Shown: piece after piece, positions 14,327-25,800 of the stretch
Numbering within the stretch: position 1 is the stretch's first letter
How the letters are laid out: each line of letters begins with the position of its first letter
Made by a program: the position numbers and the translations under genes
The notes under the pieces: generated by a model
The model's database searches: none
The model's input: the letters and a program-made list of their open reading frames with translations, nothing else
What the model was told of the DNA's origin: nothing
DNA from: Takakia lepidozioides
Taxonomy: Eukaryota > Plantae > Bryophyta
Reading direction: 5' to 3'
DNA: 64,000 bases
NCBI GenBank assembly: GCA_030704615.1
Contig: CM060733.1
Coordinates: 72,850,001 to 72,914,000, forward strand

Positions 14327-14714
14327 AAGCTAGCTGGTTGAGTGAATCTAGTTTGGAGAGACTTTATCATGATACTGCCAATGTGACAACATGAAAGTAT
14401 CCAAAAACAGGCAACAGAGATTAGGAGAAGCTGTGGAATGAATAATTTTCTGACCCTAGTCAATGGTGGGACAACCGAGGCAAAAAGGTGAATGCCTGTT
14501 AGATGCAGCAAGGGCAAAGATGAATGCATGATTTGTGCAGAGGCATGGATAGCTGAAGGAGAAGGGATAGAGTGTGGGTCCAGATTCATCCAAGAGGGCC
14601 AGATTTCAAGCACTAAGATTACGTATGATTCCCTGTGGATCAATAGCTACAAGAAACCTGCATGCGTAGATGGTCAACTAAAGGCAGCAGCGGCACAGTT
14701 GATAAAATCAGACC

Positions 14715-16003
14715 ATGACCACAGCTTTTGGAAGAGGATCAAGAGAGGGAGTCCACAATGCCTCTTCTGGCACTTCTGGGCATGTGAAGATGCTTTGTGA
14801 GGCAGGTAGACTGAAAGAGGCTCTACAGACTTTAAACCAAGGAGGCATTTCAGCAGATTCAGATACCTACGTCTGTCTCTTGCTTAAGTGCATCAAGATG
14901 AAAGGTCTGGAAGCTGGAAAGCAGGTGCACACTCACATTATCCAAAGTGGATTCACGCCAAATGTTTCCACGCCAAATATTTTTCTACTCAACACCCTTG
15001 TCAACATGTACGTTAAGGGCGGGAGCATCATTGATGCTCACCAAGCATTCAACAGAATGCCTCAACGATCTTTGATCACGTGGAATATAATGTTGGCAGG
15101 ATTTACCAAGCATGGGTGTGGTAGGAATGCTTTTGAGACCTATGAGCAAATTATGCGCGAAGGGATAAAGCCCAACCACATCACATTTGTTTGTGTTTGC
15201 AATGCATGTGCAAGCCTGGGAGCTCTGGCAAAGGGGAAAGAGGTCCATGGTGACATTGTCAAAGCTGGAATTGTACCAGATGTCATTCTGAACACTGCTG
15301 GTGGACATATGTCAAATGTGGGTGCATTAAGGATGCGAAGGGAGTTTTCAGCACTATGGCTGAAGGAGATGTGGTGTCATGGAACGCGAGCCTGGCAGCT
15401 CTGGAAAAGGGCAAAGAGGTCCATGGCGACATGTCGGAGCTGCAATTGTACCAAATGTCATTCTGAACAATACCGTCGCGGACATGTATGAAGGGAGTGT
15501 TGAGATGTGGTGATTGCAAGATATGCGCAACAAGGGCGCGGGATGGAGGTTTGGAGACCTATGAGCAAATGATGCGGGAAGGATTGAAGCCCAACCACAT
15601 CACATTTGTTTGCATTTGCAATGCGTGTGCAAGCCTGGCAGCCCTGGAGAAGTGCAAAGAGGTCCATGGTGACATCGTCAAAGCTGGAATTGTACCAGAT
15701 TTAATCCTGAATTCTGGTGGACATGTATGCCAAATGTGGGAGCATCGAGGATGTGGAGGGGGTTTTCCACACTATGGCTGAACAAGATTTGGTGTCGTGG
15801 AACGCCATGCTTGCAGGGTATGCACAGTAGGGGCGCGGGATGGAGGCCTTGGAGACCTATGAGCAAATGATGTGCGAAGGGGTGAAGCCCGACCACATCA
15901 CGTTTATGTGCATTTGCAATGCGTGTGCAAGCCTGGCAGCCCTGGAAAAGGGCAAAGAGGTGCATGGTTGCCTCGCCAAAGCTGGAATTATACCAGATGT
16001 GAT
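14715..16003 (+). pseudogene. PLS-class PPR gene, 5' part (frameshifted)
   Basis: LCEAGRLKEAL..., NTLVNMYVKGGSIIDA..F..M.....TWN.ML, P/L/S repeats 'KPNHITFVCVCNACASLGALAKGKEVHGDIVKAG'. Cut by CACTA at 16004. Confidence 0.9.
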
Positions 16004-16559
16004 CACTACAACAAATTGCGGCTTTTACGTCTCTGTGTTATGACTGCAAATGCAATCATGGAAGCCATTTACGACTTCCTGACTCTGCAGACGTAAAGAC
16101 CTAGTCAGTTGTGACATGGCAGATATGACTCTCCAGGCTGGCTGTCACGTGGCGCCAGAGCAGCTGTGGGGGTAGTCATACACGCTGGCATTGCTGAATG
16201 ACTGAACGGGTCCATGTCAGCCGCTGTGTAATAGAGACACGTGCTCTCTACAGAACACGCCACGTGTCAGACTGCGACGCCATCCGACTGCAGAGGAGGG
16301 AATCAGACGTCAGCATGTGTCGCATCGTGATTTTGACACGTGGTTCCTCATGTCAATTGACACGCGTCGCTGTTGGGGGTTGTAGATTTACTTTATTGTT
16401 ATTATAATTACTAAAATAATTATTATAATTATTTGTTATTATAATTATTATTACTGACCAACATGGGACAGTGGCACATTATTAAATAACGAATTTTTGA
16501 AATTATATTCTTAGATAAAATATTTATTCGCTCAGATACCAAAACACACCCTTGCGGGG

Positions 16560-17814
16560 AAGGAGAGTTTGCCTTAGTGCCTGTGCTGAATTGCATCTGC
16601 TACTGTTACCTGTTTATGGATACTTTTTTATTGTCACTTTGGCAGTATCATATCAAAGTCACTCCAAACTATCTACCATCTACCCATGACCATCTACCTA
16701 TGCAGGTTTCTTGTAGCTATCCTTCCACAGGGAATCATAGGTAATCTGGAGCTTGAAATCCGGCTTTCTTGGATGATCTGGACCCACACTCTATCCCTGC
16801 TCCTTCAGCTATCCATGCCTCTGCATAGATCATGCATATATCCTTGCATTGCTGTTAGCAGCTGACAATGATAGCCTACATTTGTTCCAGCAAACACCCA
16901 ACTCAACTTACCACACTAGTTCCTATTCTCAATTGCATCTGTTACTCTCTGTAATCCAACAGGCATTTACCTTTTTGCCTCGGTTGTCCCACCATTGACT
17001 GGGGTCAGAAAAGTATTCATTCCACAGCTTCCCCTCATCTCCGTTAACTGTTTTTCGATACTTTCTTGTTGTCACATTGGCAATATCATGTCAAAGTCAC
17101 TCCAAACTAGATTCACTCAACCAGCTAACTTGCAGACATTGAAATTTAGGGCCGGTTCTGATAAGAGGGGAAAACAGGGTGAAATGTGTTGAAGAAGGTG
17201 CCTTTATTAGCAGTGCTTGATTTTATCAATTGTGCCGCTACTCCTGCGGCTTCCAGTTCACCATCTACCCATGCAGGTTTCTTATAGCTAAATCCACAGG
17301 TAATCATAGGTAATCATGTGCTTGAAATCTGGCCCTCTTGGATGAATCTGGACCCATACTCTATCCCTGCTCTTTCAGCTATCACTGCTTCTGCACAAAT
17401 CATGCATACTTCCTTGCCTTGCAACTGATAATGACAGCCTACATTTGTTCTAGGAAACACCCAACTCAGCTTATCACACTAGTTCCTATGCTGAATTGCG
17501 TCTGCCCTCTATAATCTAACAGGCATTAACCTTTTTCCCTCGGTTGTCCCACCATTCCACAACTTCTCCTCGTCTCTGTGACCTATTTCTGGATACTTTC
17601 CTGTTGTCACATTGGCATCATGTCAAAGTTCAGATCGACATCTAGTACAATTCCACCACGAACCTCTTTGCTATTTTGCAGGGCTGCTAGGCTTGCACAC
17701 ATGTTGCAAATGTAACAAACGCGATGTGGTTGCGCTGCAGTATCCCTTCCCACACCACTTGCTCATAGACCTCTCCAAAGGGCCTCCATCCCGTGCCGCT
17801 GTTGTGCATATCCT
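16560..17814 (-). repeat. Inverted, internally duplicated copies of the PPR upstream region (about 14327-14720) plus a PPR motif fragment
   Basis: ORF 16995-17192(+) matches ORF 14293-14643(-). Block repeated 2-3 times. 17670-17814 is reverse-strand PPR (AGYAQQ..GMEA..EVYEQ). Confidence 0.85.
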
Positions 17815-18479
17815 GGCATCCCTGATCATCAACGACGCAATGGCGTGAGCGTTGCACGTGAGCGCGCGAGCGTACGCTCACGCAGGAGTGACGTGGCGTG
17901 AGCGTACGCTCACGCCAGCTGACGTGGCGTGAGCCTGCACACATGCTGACGTGGCGTGAGCGTCATGTCAGCATGCTGATGTGGCGGTAAATGATGACGT
18001 GTCACTGTCCGTCAACTGCCACGTCAGCATTAACATGCGCCGCCTATAACCGTGGATGGTCCTATGACCGTGGAATTAATGCAGGGAATCTTGCCTAAAT
18101 AGAATCAAGACGAGCGTTGAGGCCTACAATTGCAGCATCCAACATTGTGCAATTACAAATGTTTGTTTCACTTTTACAATTACGAAGACGACAAAATATC
18201 CTCACAAAGTGTGCGCCATAAAGGCTGCCACGAGAAGACTTCCTCCCTCCTCAAATAACAATGAGAGTTATGATCATCTTCAAAAGATGATTGTAGTGCA
18301 TAGCGACAGCAAGACATGTAGACTTCGAACGGTGCAATGACAAATGTGCACTACCTAAAAGTTGTCACTCAGACCTCACTCTGTATAGTTGGAGGCCATA
18401 TCATTGCACAGCCGACGAATTGATGTGAATTACACATTTCAAATCATGGTCATCCACATACCACATTACATAGTTCATG

Positions 18480-21400
18480 CTACCCATGTGTTGTATCCCG
18501 CTGCAAAAGAGTATCGACCTCGTTGAAACTCATAGTGGCCTGGTGAATGAAGTTGTCACGTTTGGGATCGCAAACCATCCTCCTCAAAAATATGAAATAC
18601 AAATGTTTGCAGGGTATGAATTTACCTCTCTTGCCCAAACTGGTTGATAGCATATTCACAAAATCAGGACATGTGCAATTGGGGAAATTGGAAACCGTGA
18701 TGTCGTAGGTCCTGTCATGAACAGCAGATGTGGAAGTGATGATTGTGAATACCCGACCATATCCTGGATCGGGTACTTCCGTGGTGCTTCCGACACGAGC
18801 TTGGAGCATTCTTGCGGACTCCACTTTGCCAAAGTGTTCAGCGGTTGGAGGGAAACGCCGAACGAGCTTTCCATCTCGTTTGGTTGGCCACAAGTCAGGA
18901 TTTGCCGGGGGACCCGGGGGACGCAGAAGTAGTAGCACATGCATGGAGTTGGGGTTGTCTCGCAAGGGAAAAACCTGCCTCCTCCAGCATTTCAATCTCC
19001 TGAAAGCTGAGATGTGTTCCACCTTCACGGGCCAAACGGTTGGAGGAGATGGCTTCATCACTACGGAAGGACGCACAGTTCCATGCACACATCTGGCACA
19101 ATCATCTGCGCAGAACCAGAACTTGTGGTTCTTGGCTTCTGGTTGACCGTATGGACGCATCAAGCCCGTGAAAGTCGGAGCAGGAGTTCGGGCACCACCT
19201 CTGGATATAGATGAAGTGCACTTCTCGAAATTAGTTGCCCTGATCGCTGTACATTTCACACGAGACCCGACACTTGTGCGTTCTATGTGCCAAACGTGGT
19301 CGGGCATGCGGACTCAAGCACATCAAGGGGGTTGTTTCTCTCCTGCACCATTTCAGTGGCACGGTTTGATGCTGGAGCTTGCCGTCGTGTTGGAGGTTCC
19401 TCCACAATGGAGGTTCCGGACATGGAGCTGTCATGCAGGGGAACACGAGGCTTCGAGAAGTTATCACGGTCTGCCCTGTGGGAATCTGAATCCGAACCAG
19501 GTGGAGTGTTCAATTTCCTCTTACAGGAGCCGAATCTCTCCTCCCCTTCAAGATGTGGAACTCTAGAAACAAGTGGCGTTCCCTGGGCATACATGCTCAC
19601 CGCCCGTGCTATCTTGATTGGATCCCCAGATCTGTTTGCAGCACGCAACATCAACTCCATTTGTCCGGACCCTTGCCACCAACCCCACCTCGTAAGAAAT
19701 CACGGTATCGGTTTGTTGTTGCAAGGCACGTATCAAATCATCTGTTGTTGCCACATACAAATCCCGACCTCGTTTCCCAGACTGCTGCAACCATGCATTG
19801 TGCACAGTTTCTGCCAAATTGCAAGATGGCATGTCGCCATTTCCTCAATGGACATGTTCTGCAAGAGGATAACCACACTTCAGAATAGTGCACAGAAACA
19901 ACATAAAAAGCAATGAGTCAAAAATATGGAAAGCAAATGTATGAATAAAGCATGAAATAGAAGCCTCGTACCATTGTCATGGCTGCTCCCCACTGTATAC
20001 CGGAAGTGCCAAAACGCCAGCCAATCTTCCAATGCTCTCATACTCTCAAGTGATGCAGCTCCAGAAGAAACCACCAGGCACGAATTGTCTGGAACAAAGT
20101 GTCCGCCTCCTTCATTGTTCTAGCATCTTTGTACTCTTTGCACAATTTACGGTGCTGAGTCTGCATCTCTGGTTTGATGTCCGACTTTGTATGTTTTTCC
20201 AGAGATTGTGTCCAATGGAATAGACATGTACGCTCTCTTCCTGGCATAGGCACTTTTGGGTCGCCCGATCCGAAGACAATACGAATAGCATTGAAATTTG
20301 CTTGAGCACTATCCGCCATGAAACCTGCGAAATTTGGAGATGGCAGCCCATGGCAGCCCATGACACGTATCAGGGAATTCCACATGAGCTTCTGGGATTC
20401 CGTATCCTCGGATTGCATGTCACAAACTGCAATTGTCATAACTCGTTGGTACACTGGATCGTAGACATGACAAGCCATTGTCGTCCAATCCTTCACTCGT
20501 TTCACATGATCAAACATAAGAAAACAGTTCTGCAAGTCCCCAGTCTTCTGCATCCGCTTCACGAGGCTAACCCCACTGCCCTCCCCAACAGTCGACATTT
20601 TGAAAAGAAAAACTTTGATGGCACCTTGACCTGGGAATACATTGTCCTGGATGTAATCGTACTTGCTCATCGTTTCAATTCCAAAATATTGTCTATGTAG
20701 CCTCTGATCCCAGAGCCCATTCTCAATGCATTGATCTGATGCCGAATGTTAGGTGAACTTAAAGTGGAGAAATGATCCATGACCAGGTCCAATGCTGCAC
20801 CGTCAAGTTTAGTCCCCACAGAATCTCCTTCACTCAAAATATGGCTTTCCAAGAAGGACTTGCTTGCGCCAAGAGCAATTGCAGATGTTGTTGCGGATGG
20901 GTTTCTCCCGAACTCCTGTTTGATCAACCTCGATACTGTCTCAACACTCTCCCTGTAATCCCCCTTCGAGACAGGATGGTTATGGAATCCAAAATGCACA
21001 CAAGCTCTCGTCATTGTATTCAAACGGTGGACAACATAGTACATTCTTGCTCCGCAGAGCGCCAAGCAGGATGGCACAAGTTTGCAGAATTTGCAGACGA
21101 AAGTGTTTGCCGGTGGAGGGGCAGTCCCAGGCTGAAATGGATTCTCCGCCAGACCCTCCCATTCGCTTTGATTATGAACCCCAGAAAAGTCTGCAATTTA
21201 TCACACCTAAGGTGTCCATTGCAAACTGTCCTCCTGAAAACAAGCTTGTCATCATTCTGAATATTGGATGTTTTGTTCTGCACCACGGGTGCCGTCGTTT
21301 CTTGTCCATTCCATGCATCATGATTGTTACCTCCAACTCGCGGAGGAGGAGGCAGCTCGAATAGGATATCGCCATCAAAAGTCTCCGGCAAGAACTTCAC

Positions 21401-21961
21401 AGGCACCTGCTTCAAAGATTCCCAATCAATTCCCCGCAACTCACTTTTGAATCCAGCCATTCCTCCCATCGCCCGCAATTTTGGAATGACACTACAAATC
21501 TCTTCTTCATCAGCTTCTGCAACCACAGTAGGAAGGACTGGATTTGGAATTTCACTTATGTCATCATCGGAAGAATCCGAAAGCTCAACGATTGGAGTGG
21601 AGGAAGTCTGTTCTTTTTTCACCACCACCTCCCTCTTGTCTTCAACGACCGAAGCAGCAGTCCCGGGCGTCACATATGACCCAAGGGACTTTCGCCGAGG
21701 CTCTCCAAGTACTCTGTATCGACCAGGACGCACTCTCCACTGGCTGATATGAGCCGTCTCATCACGGTTTTGGAAAGAATATTTCACCAACTTCCCTTTC
21801 AGATCGTAAACCTCTTTCTCCAAAAAGATGGAGCCATTCTGCAGCTGAAAACGGGTAGCCAAGACATGTTCCAGAACAATTGCAAATCCATTGTCAAGGA
21901 CTTCCTGGGAGAACGGCACTGGTTTGTCGTCTGAGAAGAACTCCGCTTCAGAGGAAGCCAT
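18480..21961 (-). pseudogene. MULE transposase copy 2 (GCM-like, DDE, SWIM), many 1-nt frameshifts
   Basis: FLMFDHVK, FMADSAQ, CLFHW, CNLAETVH, complete SWIM NCTCPDF...CKHLYF. Intron about 19862-19967 at the same position as in copy 1. A possible upstream exon/ORF extends to about 22520. Confidence 0.88.
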
Positions 21962-22810
21962 CTTCCTTCCTCGAGTATGTTTGTACCTTGCTATCGCAGA
22001 TCTAGTGTAAATCGGTTTACTGCTGTCTCCAGAACACAGTTGAAGAATGAGCAGAGCATATGGCGGAGGAAGCTCAGATAACGACTGTGCATATTCTGTT
22101 ATTCATTCCAGATATGCAGCCGTCCATTTTAATTACTTTTCTTGTGGGCCCAGTGGTCAGAGAATCCATAGGGCAGTGTCGGCAACTTAAACCGTTAATC
22201 AGAACCTCATCAATAAACCCAATAACAAAGCCGACTTCCTGGAAGCATGCCACAGGATCGAGAATGGGATTGCAGATTAAGTAAATGTATCTATATACTA
22301 CTACCAATGATCATGCGCACCTGGAAAGTTCCAAATGTGCAACGAATGTGGGGTTTGGATAACAAGGATGACCGTGTATGATATTCCAAAATTTGTCATC
22401 AAACTCTCGTTCATTTATATTTATTTGTTTAAGACTGCGCATCAATTTCTGGGATTCGCTGTTCTTTTTAAATATTGAACCAGTTATAATTAGAACACGC
22501 CGTTTTGTTTTGGGCGGCACACGTCAGACATCCATAACTGAATACGAACAGCTGTACACCAATTGCTGGCATGTGCACTAATAACGAAACGACTATGTGT
22601 AACGGTCACGCGGAGGGAATCCGATGCTTCTAGAGACACGCAAGAACACAGGCAATCCCGCAAGAAATCGGGAGTCACTGCGTTTTTCTACTTTTCGCGC
22701 TTAGAGGGAGAGTGGTAGTCAAGCTGGAGAGGGTTCCTTCTAGAATACGAAAGAGAAGAAAGTCTCTTTATTTTACTTCCCTTAGAGAGAGACGCAGAGC
22801 AAGAGAGAAA

Positions 22811-25800
22811 ATGACGAGGCGTCGTTTGTTGGAGAACACAGGGCCAAGGCAGCAGGTGAACGCGGAGACTGATTCACAAGAGCAGACGGAGACTGAGGCA
22901 GCGGCTGCGACACAGTCGGCGATAAGAGTGCGCCAGCCTGTGGAGGCAGAGATGAATCGCAGGGACACTGAAGAAGGTGGAAGCACGCGGAACGCCGAAC
23001 CTGAGAAGGTCAAGAAACCCTTGCGCAGACAGAAACTCCAGCAGATGTGAGAGGGAAGAGGAAAGCTGCAGAAGGGGATCAAAAGTTCAAAACCTAAGAA
23101 GGTGCCAGTAAGTTTTATCATATAGTCTATGTGATTGCCTTTCAAGGAGTCCTTCCTCTTCCATCTTTAGCAGGAACTACTGAATCGCGAGCGTCGTTAA
23201 CGCCATTCGATTCTGCTCATGAGATTTATGTACCTATGTGTTTGAAGAGAGAGTCTGCACTTACTATTCTCCCTAAACTACACTGAATGTCGTTGCCGCC
23301 AATCAGTTGCACATATATGTCATTACACAACACCGATCCGGCAGGTTGTTATCTTTTGTGATTGTCGTTAACGCCGTTCGCTATCGCTCTCACTTTTGTT
23401 TTGAATACGGCAGTCTCGGCTTTGCATGTGTAGATTGTGCTGAATTCTTTCACACCATTCATGGTGAGTTTCCTTGATACAGAGATGATTGTCGTTACCG
23501 CCATTCACTATTTGCAAATCACTTAGTCAGAACTGAATGGCATCGTGCAGAAAACTGTGAGGTCGAAGCCTACAGGATCAGAGGGGAAGGATCTGGAGAT
23601 GGGGACGAGTCCGCAAAAAGCTCAGAGAATACAGATGAAGCAGATGAATCCGAAGTGCACTACCTTGACAAGGTGAAAGAACTCATGTCATTCCAGAAGG
23701 TAAACTCTCAGGAGGTTATAAGGGACATGCTCGTATCTGGAGGGCGTCTGGACATACCTCTGTGCCGGATGATATCAATGCCTGTTGTGCGTCCACCTCT
23801 TTCCCATGACATAACAAAATTGGAGAGTGATTGTGCATGGATATAGACTTGGTGCACAAGTTTTTTATGTGTCACTGACGGATATAAATGGGAAAAGCAC
23901 ATTAGTTTCTCCAGAGATCAGTGATAACTGGGATGAGTGCTGGAAAGATGCCAATGAGGAGTTCGAGCTGGGCCTCATGATGGGAAAGAACACCCCAGCA
24001 ATTTGCAACCACATGTTCTACGTCTGGACGGCAACCACCGATTGCTGGCATGGATGGGATACATTCAGAAACACATTCGAAAGACAAAGACACAAGCATG
24101 TTGCTGTGGAGGCAATGGTTTGGATCCAGGAAACGACATCGCTAGGCTTCTTACAGCTATGCACGACGTGAACAAGTAAGTCATCCAGGAGATTTGATTC
24201 CCTCTGTAGTGTCTTGTTGATCCTCAAAAAACAGTGTTAAGGAATGCAATGTTTTCAATGTTTTTGCAGATCGACAGAGAAATCGCATGTGACAACAAGC
24301 TTGGTTCACACACTATTCCGAATTCAGAGGATTGGTCTGATGAAGCTGGATGATTTTCGGACAGTACTACCACCCAATATCATCAAGAAGTGCGAAACAG
24401 GAAGAGCTGCAGGCACTTGGTATTCTTTGACACGAGAGGCGTTTCTGGAGTACATGTATGCGGTAAGCCCGAGTCTGTAATCTGTTTACTTTTCGAATAC
24501 ATGTTTAGAGTCCCTTCGGAGCTAATCACTACTTGAATGAATGCAGCAAGAACTGGCAGAGGCAGCTGAGAAGGGAAAATCCGAATATTACCGCACTACA
24601 CCAGAGGAACTAAGGACATCAAAGGGTGTGGAAGCTGCAATAAAGAAGGAGTTGAGATGCGAAGAACCAAATTCCATTAGAGTAGTTGACTTTGGTTCCT
24701 GAGATCAAAACACACTATGACAAGCATGTGCATCCGGAGATGCAGCAGGAGAAATTGCACCGGCTGGCCATATCGATGGTCGACCCACAAACAAAAATAA
24801 GGTGGCTGGAGATATGGAACTCAGATCAAACAGTAAAGGACTTGAATCAGTTCCCAAAGAGCACCATACAGCCTGGCACAAAGGTGGAAGGAATCAGTGA
24901 TTTGGTGTTGATAACTGGCTCCACAAGGCTACATTTTGGAGTCAGGTGTGTATTCGAACATGCTGTTTCTTCTCTTCAAGTATGTGATGTGTTTCTTTTT
25001 TGCAATTCTGACAAATATACTATTTGCAGCTCGAAAAGCGCGCCGTCATTGTGCTGGATCAGACTTTGAAGGACCTGAACATTGCGATTGTTTCCCCTCC
25101 CCAAATGTCATTGGAGGCATACATAAGGAAGTGGAGAGGTCTCACCTGGAGATACTGTTTTTTCCGGGAGTTCTCCAAAGATGGTAACATTTTACGGTCC
25201 AACGACTTTGACAGTCAGGTTGGAGGAGAGTGGGCCATGATGCGAGTTGTGTACAGGTGAAATGTCATACTTGAAACTCTACTGTTTTTTGGGAAAAATT
25301 GTGGCTTCATATGGATTGCAATCTTAGATCCAGATTGAATGTCGTTGACGACATTCACTTCTTTGTCTGAGTCATTCTTAAGCGAGTATATGAATTCACC
25401 TGGTTAGGATCTAAGGGTGCAATTATATTGTCCCTGATTAGAATTGATAATGTCCTTGAATGGCGTTGACGACATTCACATACGGAGTTGTTGTGTGGTC
25501 CTCAAGGTTATTTAAATTTTTGTAATGTCCATAGAGGTACAATGAGGGTTGATCACTTCATTTTGCTGAATGTCAATGCAGACATTCAGTTGTTCTGCAT
25601 TGTTTTTCCTCTTGCGATGAATATGGAGGCTTCATAAAGCTCTGTTTTAAGAAATCCAAAGTGAATGTCGTTGACGACATTCACAGCTGTGTCTGTATTA
25701 TTCAAAAACGACAAATTCAATTTCATGGATTGGGGAGCTAAGTAATTGGTTTCTTTTTGTATTTTTGTGAATGGCGTTGACGCCATTCACATACAGTGAT

